NCBI GenBank assembly: GCA_951406725.2
Contig: OX597820.1
Coordinates: forward strand, 123,442,001-123,506,000
Direction: 5' to 3'
DNA length: 64,000 nt
Origin: Octopus vulgaris
Taxonomy: Eukaryota
A program made the translations under genes and the position numbers. Of this stretch, positions 13,466 to 26,129 are shown piece after piece; within the stretch, counting starts at the first letter, position 1; each line of letters opens with the position of its first letter. The notes beneath the pieces are model-generated. The model worked only from the letters and a program-made list of their open reading frames with translations, made no database searches and was not told the origin of the DNA.

Positions 13466-16370
13466 AGTAAAAAGCAAACCACGTTAAAAAACTAACAATG
13501 TTCTTGCTGTATAAAACTTAAGGATTTACCTCGTTAAGACAGACTTATTTTTCGGAAGCATTGCACTATCGCTAGCTGTTATTCTTCTTTCATCAATCTG
13601 TAACTTCCGCTGACCCATAGCCTTTCCTTGTTTTACGCACATTGTACAAGAACTGACCAATTAAATATAATTTCTTTCTTTAACAACCAGTATCAAAACC
13701 CACGGTTAATACCTGTTTAAATTAAACAGTTTGACCGATTCACTGATGAAATAAAAGCTCTTTGAGTCTATTTCACATCAGTTAATATTGTTTGGTTACT
13801 TTGACTATTGAAAATCCACCAAAGAATGATTTCTAAAAGAACGCACGCACACACACACACACACAAACAAATTTAGATCGTCACACAGGCATACACTCCT
13901 ATACACACATCCGCCCCTTCACATAAAGGCAACATAATCTCTTAATGATTAGGTTATTATGCTACAAAGGTACTCAAGCCGGAAATTTTGCCTTGTGATG
14001 TCAAAGCAGACATAATGAGATCACTGCTTGGAAGTTTAAAGATTGTCCATAATTTATCGTACATCCACGATGATTAAACAAACTCTGAGATTACTGAGAG
14101 AATGATCAAACTAGCAATGATGTCAAAAGTGAAAGTTGTCGATTTTCAGTTTCAGTAAGAATTGAATCAGATGAAATAGGTATCCATCAAAACTCAGTAA
14201 AAATACAAAGAATAAACAATAGTGAGAAGCAGCAGACATAGTTGCTGGCAGATTTAATGGTTATTATATTGATAATGATAAAAGTTGATTGGCTCATGAT
14301 CTTCCTTTATAGTCAGAAAGTTTTGGAAACTGAGTTTTGATAATATAACTAGTAATGAAGAAATGTTATTTTTCTAATGCAAATGCCCATTAATGTATCT
14401 AGAAAGAACAGCTACAACCTATCAGTGTATCAAAGATGAAATTATAGTGAAATGACGTTGTAATAAAGAGAGGTAGTAGCGAAGGAACAAATGGGAACGA
14501 ATCTAAGTTATAATGAAACTGAAATAGAGTCAGTTCACAGCCGCGTGCTTAGATGTGTGTTTAAGAAGTTCGTTTTGCAAACACAATATTTTGTTTTCGA
14601 CCCAAATGTGTAGCATATCAGGCAGGCAAGTCACCTCTGATATATCCTTAAGTGGATAAATGCTTCCTCCACAAATCTACGGAAATATCTAAAATCTAAT
14701 GACAAAAAACAACTTATAATTCTCGCTGGTAAGAACAAAGCTTCAAAGATAAAAAATGGAAGGATACATCTGAAGGATTGCTTCGGAGCAATAGTAGCAC
14801 GTTTGGAATATTTACAGAATATGTGGCTTAAATGCAACGGGTAAGCTTCTATTTTTTGCATTCTAGGGATGTAGATGGGAGACTCTGGGTAGAAATAGTG
14901 CGAATGACGTATAGTACGCTACTCCCTACCTCGTAGAGTTGACGTGCATCACTAGTTCTTACTTTCCCTCTAAATCCCTCATGTACTGGCTCCAAGTGAC
15001 ACCTCGGTACACCAAGCTGGTGAGCTAAATCACATGAGCGGCGATACTGATACCTCGTCACTAGGTGGGCGGAGGCAACTGCCAACGACCAAGGCAGAAT
15101 AGTCTCTAGATGATCAACAATTAGGTTTCCGTGACTGAAGGCAACCCACGCTGTACATCATATATCTTGGATAACATTCAGCTGATACAGCTCCATTATC
15201 AGTCTTTTTCCTAAATGCAAGTTGTTGGGCTTTAGATTAGCACACTCTTTTTTTTACGGAAAAATCTCGAGGTACGAAAACAGTTCAAAATACAAAAGCA
15301 TTGCAGTGCTGGAGTACAAACCTTCTTCAGAAGAAAAAAGGTTTTTAATTCAATGTTTACACCTATAACTTCGTGTTCTGTCGTTAAAAAAACTTCTCTT
15401 TCCATTCGTCTTTTTCTTTATTGACAGTGGCATCACGTCTCCTAATCTGGGATTCATTGAGGGTCTACATTCAAATAACTGAGTACAAATACACACATGC
15501 ACATACACACCCACTACACCTACCTACGGAATTCCAGTTCAAAATTTCCTTTTCTTTTTAAATCTTACTTTGACATACAATGACAAGCTTCCGTTTACGC
15601 ATGATCCTGGGTTGACACATCATAAATATGTTTGTGCATGTATAGAACGCCTTTAATTTAGAAAGCCAGCAACTAGAAACAACGAAACAAATCTTTGATA
15701 AATGTCTAACACATCAATCAACAAATAACAATGAGCATTTCACCAATTAATAACTATTTGCCATTTAGATATTGCCTGAAACTACCACGAAAGCGTAATT
15801 GAGACTTGTTCCAGATGCTTCTGTTTGTCACTACACTCGTACATGCAGTGCTTTGTTGGTCACCTGGTTGTGAGCATGAATTGAAAACCTGCTCAAATCA
15901 TTTATTTTGCTTTTGGTTGCAGCCAAACGAATAAACTTTAAATATTGTGACAAGAACAAGCGACTCTATCGAAGCCGCTCCTTCATCATATTATTGAATG
16001 CAGCTGTGATTACCAGCGAAGAAATTTGGAATTAATTATATTTTTATCGGCCTGTGGTAGAAAGAGGCGGAGGGAACCCACTCCCGATCTTTGAAGACTT
16101 TCCTTGTGGGTCACATCGATGAAGCAAATGTTCATGTCCAACACTGTGGTCAGTGACAGAAAAACATGATTTAAGAACGAGTTCAAAATGATTCTCCTTG
16201 TTTCGCTCATGTCCAGTCCAGGTGAGGAAAAACATTGATGGATAACATTCTATTAACATCCCGCAATTTTGATAGCAGAATCATGATAGCCTCCGTAGTT
16301 ATTAAGATGATAGGAGGAAATTTAAAGGAGATTTGGTTGCTATTTTAGCAGACCAAATGATCACTCAGAG

Positions 16371-16401
<31 letters not shown>

Positions 16402-16458
16402 CTTCTTCTTCTTCTTCTTCTTCTTCTTCTTCTTCTTCTTCTTCTTCTTCTTCTTCTT

Positions 16459-16545
<87 letters not shown>
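16371..16545. repeat. (CTT)n(ATT)n microsatellite
   Basis: Directly visible. Confidence 0.97.
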
Positions 16546-16548
<3 letters not shown>

Positions 16549-17262
16549 TAGTTTTATTTTTATAGCGTGCTTTCACTTCACTACCGAGCGCAGCTCTGTG
16601 TGCCTTGGGTATGTGCTGTGATTTGTTGTGATGCTCTGATGGTTATTGTATGGAAAGTGTTCTACGTAGGATGTGTGCAGTGCCTAGTAGTGCAATTTTC
16701 TGTATGTTATATGTGTTTGTAAGTCCTGGTGTTTTTCTTATGTATTTGTCTGAATATTTTTTATCATGCCTAATGCACCTACTATGATAGGAATTGTTTC
16801 TGTTTTCAGGTTCCACATTCTAGTTACCTCTATTTCCAGGTCTTTGTATTTTGAGAGTTTCTCCATTTCTTTTAGAGACACGTTGTCATCTGCCGGTATT
16901 GATACATCAATTAGAAAGCATTTTTTTCTTCGTGATCTCTGACAACTATATCTGGTCTGTTGGCCTTAATTTCTCTATCTGTGTGTATCGGCATATCCCA
17001 GAGTATGGTTGCTTTCTCGTTTTCTGTGACCTTTTCTGGTGTGTGCCTATACCATCTTTTTTCTGTTGTTATTCCATAATGTTGGCATAGCTTCCAATGT
17101 ATGTAGGTTCCAACTCTGTCATGTCTGTGAATATATTCCTTCTTAGCCAGGACTGGGCAGCTAGAGATAATATGATTTATTGTTTCTTGTCCATCTCCAC
17201 ATATTCTGCAGTTACTTGTAATATTTCGTTTCATTACATGTTTTTGGTAATTTCTGGTGGTT
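16546..17262 (-). mobile_element. R4/Dong-like non-LTR retrotransposon 3' fragment (CCHC knuckle + restriction-like endonuclease)
   Basis: CRICGDGQETINHIISSC...HRHD...LWDMPIHTD...NRPDIVV; next frame LIDVSIP...EKLSKYKDL...IPIIVGALG; flanked on both sides by (CTT)n/(ATT)n. Confidence 0.9.
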
Positions 17263-17348
17263 TCTTTTTCTTCTTCTTCTTCTTCTTCTTCTTCTTCTTC
17301 TTCTTCTTCTTCTTCTTCTTCTTCTTCTTCATGTTCTTCTTCTTCTTC

Positions 17349-17418
<70 letters not shown>
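17263..17418. repeat. (CTT)n(ATT)n(GA)n microsatellite
   Basis: Directly visible. Confidence 0.95.
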
Positions 17419-17875
17419 TTATTGTAAGTTCTATCGTCTGATGTTTGCATACGTGATGTACTATTCTATCATCTGACGTTCCAGATGTCTTGGTTCTGGA
17501 GGCAACATATTAACAATGAACATCTAGGAAACTAGTAGCCAAAGAACTAGTTGCTCGGTACAATATCAACTAGGTCATTCGAGGTTATACTAAATGAGCA
17601 AGAGAAGATGGCATGTCAGGCTATCCAATAAGTGTCAACAAACCCAGGTCACTATCTTTCTATATTATAAACAAAGCAGTAGGTTACAAAAAAAACTTTG
17701 AAATGATTAAAATGAAAAACCAAGACAAAAATAGGCTTTAATCCACCCTGCATTGCATTGTGTATCGAACACATGTTAGTAATTGCAGGGTCTCATCAAA
17801 TTTATATTTTTATTAAGTTTACGGATTAGATACAAGAACTCACATTTGGAGAGTGTATGTATGTATGTATGTATA

Positions 17876-18432
17876 TGTCAGGTTACTTTCGAGTGCTAGT
17901 GGTAACATGTAACCCAGTACAACCTGTTGCATGGTCGGGTCGTCGGCGACTTAACCGGCAACCCCACCAAGCTTACTTGGTGAGGAGGGTGTTTATTTGA
18001 CACCCTGCGGGATGAAAAACAAAACCCGTCAAAGGGCGGAGGAACTTTTCAGAGTCAACGGCCATCCAATAAATGTCTTAAGGATGTATCATGTGCGGGG
18101 ACATGGAAATAATCGGACTGATTACCCGATCGTGCGGTTAAACCATTGAGAGTGAAGGACTCCTAGCCTTTGTTAGAGCATCCTTCTAGGAGAAGGTAAC
18201 TCAGGTAACTGGGATAACTCCGACATAAAACCTGCAGCTCAGTGGTTACCGATGATGTTGACTTGTTCTTCTTTTCGGATTATGGCTGCTGTTGCTTAGT
18301 GAGTGGGATTGATTCAGTGCCAAGCCTTTCCTCACTATAAAAAAATTCTTCTTGCACAGGCATTGCACGATAACAACATTGATTAAGCTTCGTGCAATGG
18401 CCATACTCGATTACGAGGGGCAGCCACAACAC
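17876..18432. mobile_element. GC-richer interspersed repeat, possibly a LINE (RTE-like) UTR-derived segment
   Basis: Composition shift, bounded by (TATG)n; no ORF; family assignment is inference. Confidence 0.35.
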
Positions 18433-18826
18433 ATATATGAGTATACATAAATACATCCACACAGCCGCGCATAAATAACATTAATACACACTAGTACACA
18501 TCTGCACATAATGTGTCTGTTGCTTTTTAGTCAGTAATCTTTTAAAGTTCATTGAACCTGGAATAGCATTGGCTGATGTGACTCAATAAGAGCGAAGTAA
18601 TGCTTTGTCTCAAAAGTCTTCTTACATCAGTGAATCGCGTGCGTTAGGAACACGCATCATGTAAGAGAAATATACCATCCGATGACGAATTAGCATAGTT
18701 ACGTTCAAATATGTCAGAACATACTGAAAATGAATTGATACGTTATTGTATACATACATGCATATGTAGATACATACATATGTATATACGTGTATATTTA
18801 TTATGTATATATATATATATATATAT

Positions 18827-18865
<39 letters not shown>

Positions 18866-18936
18866 TATGTATATATGTATGTGTGTTTATATAATACATA
18901 TATACGTATATATATGTAACCATATGTGTATATCTG

Positions 18937-18977
<41 letters not shown>

Positions 18978-19170
18978 ATGTGCGTATGTGCGTGTGTATA
19001 CAGAAAATAGTAGCACAACAAGGCACCAATATTTGCTGGAAATAGCAGTCGATAACCGTACGACGCTATGAAAAGGTTCATTGATCTCGGTTGCGTTTAC
19101 GGCTAGGCGTTCAATCGAATATACTCGCATTGATGTAGCGGATATTTTAAAATGTCCTCTTCAGTGAACA

Positions 19171-19238
19171 TAGCTGAAGAAGACTAAGCACTTTTACGAT
19201 AACAAAAGTATTCTGAAAAGTCCGAAACTCGAGTACTA
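19171..19238 (+). ncRNA. Type I hammerhead ribozyme motif
   Basis: tag-CTGAAGA-agact...gcactttt/aaaagtat...agtcc-GAAA-CTCGAG-TA-cta; palindromic stem III, stem I tag/cta. Confidence 0.75.
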
Positions 19239-20070
19239 GGTTATTCATTCTAGGTTGTCCATTTATCCGGCGTTCTTCCAAGAGGTAAGACGAAAATCTT
19301 TTATGTTTGCCGCCTGCACACACCTTTGTCTGTATACATTAAGTGAAGCTTAAGTGAAGATATTTCCAGCAATGATTGGTGCTTTGTTGTGTCTCTATTT
19401 CCTATCTAGAATTCTACTTTTACGGTGCTTTATTTAGCTGGAAAATAATTCTATATTATTCGAGTAATATTTATAATTTTTTATATGTGTCTGCGAAAAA
19501 AAAAATATATACCCAGAAATATAGATACTACTTACCCAGAAATATAGATACCTTAACCAGAAATATGGATACCACTCATTTATCTAACAAAGTAGATAGG
19601 TCTATTCCTAGACCACTAAAAAAAGCGGCGGTCGCTCTATTTTATGGTACACACCACCATTCTCACTTAACGTTAAGAATTTAGCTAAATCCTTCTTTAG
19701 AATACTAGACTCGAACTTCCCTCGACAATATAAATATTATTCTATCTTTAATCGATCCAACCTGAGACTATCTTATTCTAACTCACCTAACTTCGAATCT
19801 ATTGTAGCAGCCTCGAATAAGTAAAAGCTCTCTCTTTACTATCAAAACTCACATAACTACAACTCTAGTAATACAAACAATCAACACACACACACAGATC
19901 CAGGACAAATACCCTTACATTAGACCATAAGCACAACCCAACCCATTCTACTGACACTGTTCGTAACACCACCACAACTCTAACGCCCCTACAAATAGCA
20001 GAATTAATAGTAACAGTAGTAGTGGCGGTAATTGGAGTAGTGACAGAAATAGTAATGATAACGTTAGTAA

Positions 20071-20130
<60 letters not shown>

Positions 20131-20216
20131 TAGACATTTTCACCCCCTTCTATAACCTCTCCTCTGACGATACTACCTCCTCTATTACCGAACACGGTCC
20201 CTAAAATTCACCTAAT

Positions 20217-20690
20217 TGTAATTGCCGTCCTGGAACCACCTGTCCGTTGCAAACCCATTGCATAAGATGTAATGTAATTTACAAATGCACGATCCTCAAT
20301 ATATTACACAACTCTACAGCCATATACATAGGATCAACAAAAAATTTTAAGCAACGGTATGCCACTCATTTCCATTCTTTTAGATACGATAAACATAGTA
20401 AATCTACAACACTCGCCAACCACATACATCATCTCAAAAATGCAAATATACCCTATACTCTATCGTGGTCCATACTGGAGTCAGGACTTCCCTGCCGAGG
20501 TCAACGCTCAACCTGCAAGCCCTGCCTGAAGGAGGTCCTCCACATATTAAAGCACAACTTTCCAACACCGCTAAATAAACATAACGTGACACTAAGTACA
20601 TGCAACCACCGCTTTTTTCACACATTTAAATTCTACCACAAATCCAAATGCCAGAATGACCATACAGTACATTTCCACAATACTCCTTAG
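20217..20690 (+). pseudogene. GIY-YIG endonuclease domain of PLE
   Basis: ORF-track 20247..20690 plus the upstream CNC motif; VIY...YIG, CxxC, LN motifs. Confidence 0.85.
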
Positions 20691-21805
20691 GTAATCCCAA
20701 TAACCGTATAAATCTACATTCTAGCTCTTAATCCCTATATTGTTCCTAACATGTACAACCATCTGATTGTATTCGTATGTATGTGCAAACACCCATGTGA
20801 ACGTGCATATGTATGAGCGAGTGTATGCGGGTATGTGTAAATATACGCATGCATGCAGGGTATACATACCTGCGTATACAGGGGCGATTATACATGCAGA
20901 TGAACGTATAAGTGAGTGTGCATGAGTGCATATGCATGCGAGCAAGGATTGTATGTGTAACACGTCTATTATATATACATGTATATACATCTTCACATAT
21001 ATATTTTCTTTTATTTCTAGGCACTGAACTGCTAAACATATAAATTCCTTAATTCTTCATACTACTAACCCCTCTCTGTGCCCCTACACTTAGACTCTAT
21101 TACTTCATATTTGTCACTCCTTCACCTCTTACCCCCATTCATTCTATCTTACACTATAATACCTTTCTCTCTCTTTCACCCTTCATCTCCCCACTCCTAC
21201 TTTCAAATTATCTCCACTGACCACTGACTGTATATCTTCATTTTTCTTATCTTCTTTTTCCTTTATTCCCTTTCAGGTTTTTTATTTTTTATTATTTTGT
21301 TATTATTTTATTAATTTTCTTCTTACTTTCTTCTCCTTCTTCTCTCACTTTTTTCTCTCCCATTTTTTCTTTCTTTTCACTTTTGCTTTTCCCTTTCTTT
21401 TTTCTCTCTCTTTTTTCATTCCTCTCTTCCTGTTTTTGATTTGACAATACTAATACGCTCCTTATTTTTAAGTCACTTTAAATAAAAACCTTTGACTCTG
21501 CAACACTGCATATAAATTCCCTACTGGGAATAACCAAGTTTAAAAACTGCTGGATCTCACTCATAAGGGAATCTTACATTGTGTATAAATTCTATATTCG
21601 GAAGGACCCATTTTAATCTCTGTTGGACTTTTGGACTTTACTCATAAGTTATTAGAATATTACATATATACCATTCTGCCTTTTAAAAAAACGGATTTAC
21701 AAATTCAATAGCCATACATATCTTACATCTGTTTTCTTTCCTCCACCTAACTCTCTATTTTGTATCACATCGAAAGTAACTATGACTTAATTTTGCTCTC
21801 ACACT

Positions 21806-21857
21806 GTCTCCGATGAAGGGATATTATTAATTAATATCCTAGAAACAGCTGTAAGAC
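21806..21857 (+). ncRNA. Type I hammerhead, CCGAUGA core variant
   Basis: gtct-CCGATGA-agggatatt...aatatcct-a-GAAA-CAGCTG-TA-agac; stem I gtct/agac; located in the PLE 3' UTR. Confidence 0.8.
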
Positions 21858-21923
21858 CGCCAATCTATAAATGTTCTAATATCTATACAGCCTTGGTCTT
21901 TTATCTCATTACGCAAAAAATTC

Positions 21924-21956
<33 letters not shown>

Positions 21957-22910
21957 TATATACATATATACATATATAAATATATATATAAGTATATGTA
22001 TATATACACACACATATATATATATATATATACATATATGCATATATATATACATATATATATATGCATGTATAAATGTATGTATATATATATATATATA
22101 TATACATACAAATATAAATATACTTTGATTAGTCTTATATTTTCTTAGGAGACAAATGTTATTAGGAAGAGAAAATGAAAACATAGATGGCGCTATTTGA
22201 AAGGCTTACGAAGCCATTTGTTTAAATTTCAATTTAAACAGTGCATAAATAGCAAATGTTAATTAGCCTTTCATAACTCCACTGAAATATAGATCAATAG
22301 GCGTGATATATACATCAAAGCGATATTCAATAGACTATAGATCGTTTATTTGCAAGTTCTTACCCGTTAGTTAATGGTAAATATTAGTCGCCTTTATGGT
22401 CGTATCATTACAAATATTATATAGCGCGATATAATGTAACCGTGTAGTCTATTAAGTGAATAGAAGAGAATTTCACAAGATATTCTGATTTGCTGGAAAA
22501 TTAAGAAAAGAAAATATAATTTGTCGTTAGAAAGTGATAAAATTCCATTAAACATTAACAAATACTTCACACTATTAAGAAATGTGGCTTCGTTCTTTTT
22601 CCATTATTCTTATAGACAGAATAGTTTTATATACTTTCAGAAATGTTACAAAGTTTTCTTTTCCTTTAAGCTTTATTTAGGTAAATGCTTTTATAATGTT
22701 TGAATTCGGCTGAAATATTTCTAGCTTAGTTATCAATAAGTCACAATCGTCTTTGTGAGCTTATGTAATAATTTTCCTTTAGTTCATATGGTAAGTTTCT
22801 GATTTATTAAGACAGTATATTTACTTAAATTTTGATACAACTGTCTGAGATTTGTGCTCTTAATGATGTCGAGAAGAGCATGAATTTCACGGTATCGGTT
22901 CATGTTTCTT

Positions 22911-23144
22911 TAAGGCGGTGAGCTGGCAGAATCATTAGCACGCCGGGCGAAATGCGTAGCCGTATTTCGTCTGCCGTTACGTTCTGAGTTCAAATTCCGC
23001 CGAGGTCGACTTTACCTTTCAGCCTTTCGGGATCGATAAATTAAGTACCAGTTACGCACTGGGGTCGATATAATCGACTTAATCCGTTTGTCTGTCCTTG
23101 TTTGTCCTCTATGTGTTTAGTCCCTTGTGGGTAGTAAAGAAATA
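22911..23144 (+). mobile_element. SINE family A with 20-bp TSD
   Basis: TSD ggtatcggttcatgtttctt at 22891-22910 and 23145-23164. Confidence 0.92.
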
Positions 23145-24671
23145 GGTATCGGTTCATGTTTCTTGTGCCGATAGTGATGTAAGCTAAGAGTCAATAGTGA
23201 TTCTTTTTAAAGCACAAAATGTTTGCAGGAAAAATCTCATATTCGATTATATTACTTTTCAGTATTCGATTATATCGACTTCGGAGGGACAAAAGCTTAA
23301 GACGAAGTCATCAAATTGTTTACCAGAATTCTAATGGAGTTTGGTGCCTCGCTGTTTGAATCTTCTCAATCAATATTGAGACCTTGTATTATAATTGAAA
23401 TGAAATAGCAATAGAAGTTGCTATTCATTCCTTTTATATCCGAGTGGAAATACAATTAGTTTGTTATTTGTGAAACGCTAATGATTCGATTCAAAAAAAT
23501 AACTTAAAACCTGGCCTATCGATCAAATTAGCTTCAATTTGAAAGGTTGAGTGAGTAGGAATCCAACGGAGATTTTTCTGCGAGAGTGCTTCTTACAGAA
23601 CCAACATGGAGGAAAGGAGATATTGCAAAGTTACTAACTATGTTTTCAGCAAGGGTCCAAAAGAATAAGCTTCCAGTGTATGGGTTGTGCAATGTGATAA
23701 TGACATCCTTCAGAGTTAAGATGATGGTCTTGCAAAAAGTTTCGATACGAGATAAATGCCAACAAGGTTTTAGAAACGTTTGGTTTGAGAGTTGAGTGAA
23801 ACAGACATTATAAACCGTTCTTACTGTCAAATGTAAATAATGTACATAATTCCCCATCTCTTAAATATAGAACTGTACAGATCGTGTCGTATATCCAGCT
23901 GGAGGCGATGTCTCCTGGGGGTAAATTACAACAACATTAGTCCTAAACCATGACTGACATGTTATGTTGGCAAACAATCTTTACTCCATTAAAATTTTTA
24001 TTCTTGCTGGCAAATAAACTTACTGAATTCCTTTGCAACTCTTCTTTACACTGACTTCTACCGATGTTGTCCACCTGTATTTTTCTGATTTCTGATATTG
24101 CTGTAACAAGGATAATATTTTCAACCTATTATTTTTTTACGACTGCCAAATACAAATGTTAAATACACACACACATACACACGCGCACGCACGCACGCAC
24201 ACACACATACATACATCTAATTGTAAATTCAAAATCAGATGAAACGTCTGATATTCAGTACAACCCTAGTTTATCAAATCTTGTTTATTAGTGAAACATT
24301 TTAATCTAAACATTTATCAGTATTCTTGATTCTATCATATTTAACAGTAATTCTTTCCTCATTCAGGACAAACATATGCATATAATCCCCACAGTAAATA
24401 CGCATACATACAAACATAGAGAGACACACGGAGCAAGTAACAGAATGTCGACATATTAAAAAGAAAAAATTAGTTATGTTATTCAATTATTTTAAAATGG
24501 CTTAAATACGCGAATAAACCCAAATGTGTACAATCTTACATCCATTTTAAATTAGGCGTTATACGGAAGAGAAGAATACAATTGTACATGTGTATCTATG
24601 CAAACATACATATACAGGGTAGGTAAATGTGATTGTTTCATGTATGACAGTGTATGTGTGGATGTGCGCAA

Positions 24672-24750
<79 letters not shown>

Positions 24751-24846
24751 AATGGTAAGACAACAAAATAATGAAAGAGACCACGATATTATGTAAATAG
24801 AGGAATTTATTTGTAATGGAATATGTGACAATTATTCGGTAGCCAT

Positions 24847-24906
24847 GATAAAACTCCGAGTTTTGGATGTCGGGGTGGAAATTCACGCCGACATCTCTTC
24901 AGTATT
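24847..24906 (-). ncRNA. Hammerhead-like motif with mutated GAAA (AAAA)
   Basis: Minus strand: ata-CTGAAGA-gatgtcggcgtg-aattt-ccaccccgacatc-c-AAAA-CTCGGAG-TT-ttat. Confidence 0.6.
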
Positions 24907-24962
24907 CCGGCCATGGGAGAAAATATTTTTTCCGATGGCTGGATAACTGAAGAGATGGCGGC

Positions 24963-24965
<3 letters not shown>
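24884..24965. repeat. Imperfect inverted repeat joining two CTGAAGA-gatg cores head-to-head
   Basis: cacgccgacatctcttcagt / actgaagagatggcggcgtg; tccggccat / atggctgga. Confidence 0.85.
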
Positions 24966-24996
<31 letters not shown>

Positions 24997-24999
<3 letters not shown>

Positions 25000-25270
25000 T
25001 CGTTTTCGTATTTGGTTTGCAAGATTCATTTTGTGAGTTCGTGTGTTGAAGCATATTTTGTTGTCTCTGGGGAGAGTCATTCTCTTTTAGTATCTTAATA
25101 TTTAACACACTCACTGGTGCAGTTTCCACTCATTTACTCTTTGATATGTACACTGTTATATACACATAGATACAAACAAACAAATAAATATACATAGACA
25201 CATGAAACAGTTACTACCAGGTGCATATATATGGACAAATATGTGTGTATGGATGTGTGCATGTGTGTGT

Positions 25271-25303
<33 letters not shown>

Positions 25304-25710
25304 ACAGCGAGAGAACGAGAGAGAAAGGGAAAGAGAAGGAAGTAAGAGAGAAAGAGAAAGTAAAAGAGAAAGTATATAGGATTTTTTATTGTTTTACTTT
25401 GTTTCATCAATTAGCTAAGGTAAGGCTTGAGTGCAGTAATATATAAATATTGTTATTTAGATGTGTGTATATATGTACGTACACACACACAGACACACAC
25501 AGACACACACAAACACACACACATTTTCTTTGAATTTGGTTTGTAAGATTCTTTATGTGAGTTCACGTATTGAATCATGTTTTGCTGTGTCTAACGAGAG
25601 TCATTCTCTTTTTGTGCCTTAGTATTTAACACACTTGCCGGTTCGATTTCCACTCGTTTAATTATTTATTTTTTTCTAAAATTTTCGTTGCGTCTTGCAA
25701 CTTCTTAAAT
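24997..25710. repeat. Two diverged copies of a ~140-bp interspersed repeat (24997-25135, 25525-25660)
   Basis: Shared tttggtttg(c/t)aagattc...gagagtcattctcttt...atttaacacact...tttccactc. Confidence 0.75.
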
Positions 25711-25846
25711 AGTCGTCGACGTTGTCCGTTATCCGAGCTGTGTTCCTTTTGTTTGTTTTTTTGTTTGTATGCACGGGTGAGTGTGAGCGCACAGACACAT
25801 GTGTATGTATGTGAATATGTATGCATGCATGTGTGTGTGCGTATGC

Positions 25847-25893
<47 letters not shown>

Positions 25894-25916
25894 CATGCAT
25901 GTGTGTGTGCGTATGC

Positions 25917-25950
<34 letters not shown>

Positions 25951-26020
25951 ACGTTTGTATGTATGTATTCTGCATATTTATGTTTGTGTGTTCGTGTTGT
26001 TTCTTGGTGTGTGCGTGTGC

Positions 26021-26102
26021 GTGTGTGTGTGTGTATGGTCACGTGTTTCAGTCTTCATTTGCAAATGAAGACTGAAACACGTGACCATACACACACACAC
26101 AC
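26021..26102. repeat. Perfect spacerless palindrome (41-bp arms)
   Basis: (gt)n-atggtcacgtgtttcagtcttcatttg|caaatgaagactgaaacacgtgaccat-(ac)n. Confidence 0.95.
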
Positions 26103-26129
26103 ACACACACGTACAAATGGGTTTTCCAA

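Larger units (their letters stand above)
19500..21924 (+). mobile_element. Penelope-like element 3' half (linker, GIY-YIG endonuclease, 3' UTR with HHR)
   Basis: ILWYTPPFSLNVKNLAKSFFRILDSNFP...IFNRSNLRLSYS (about 19639-19830); CNCRPGTTCPLQTHC...VIYKC...YIGST..FKQRY..H..SF (20217-20690); ends at (TA)n. Confidence 0.9.

Noticed and set aside
15760-16330. Complex, non-repetitive stretch with short ORFs, possible exon
   Set aside because: No recognisable domain or supportable splice structure
18679-18718. CCGATGA-cgaat...gttc-AAA-tatgtc HHR-like
   Set aside because: Core G is missing and there is no stem I; at best a heavily decayed relic
23534-23857. Overlapping 107-aa and 69-aa ORFs
   Set aside because: No recognisable protein similarity
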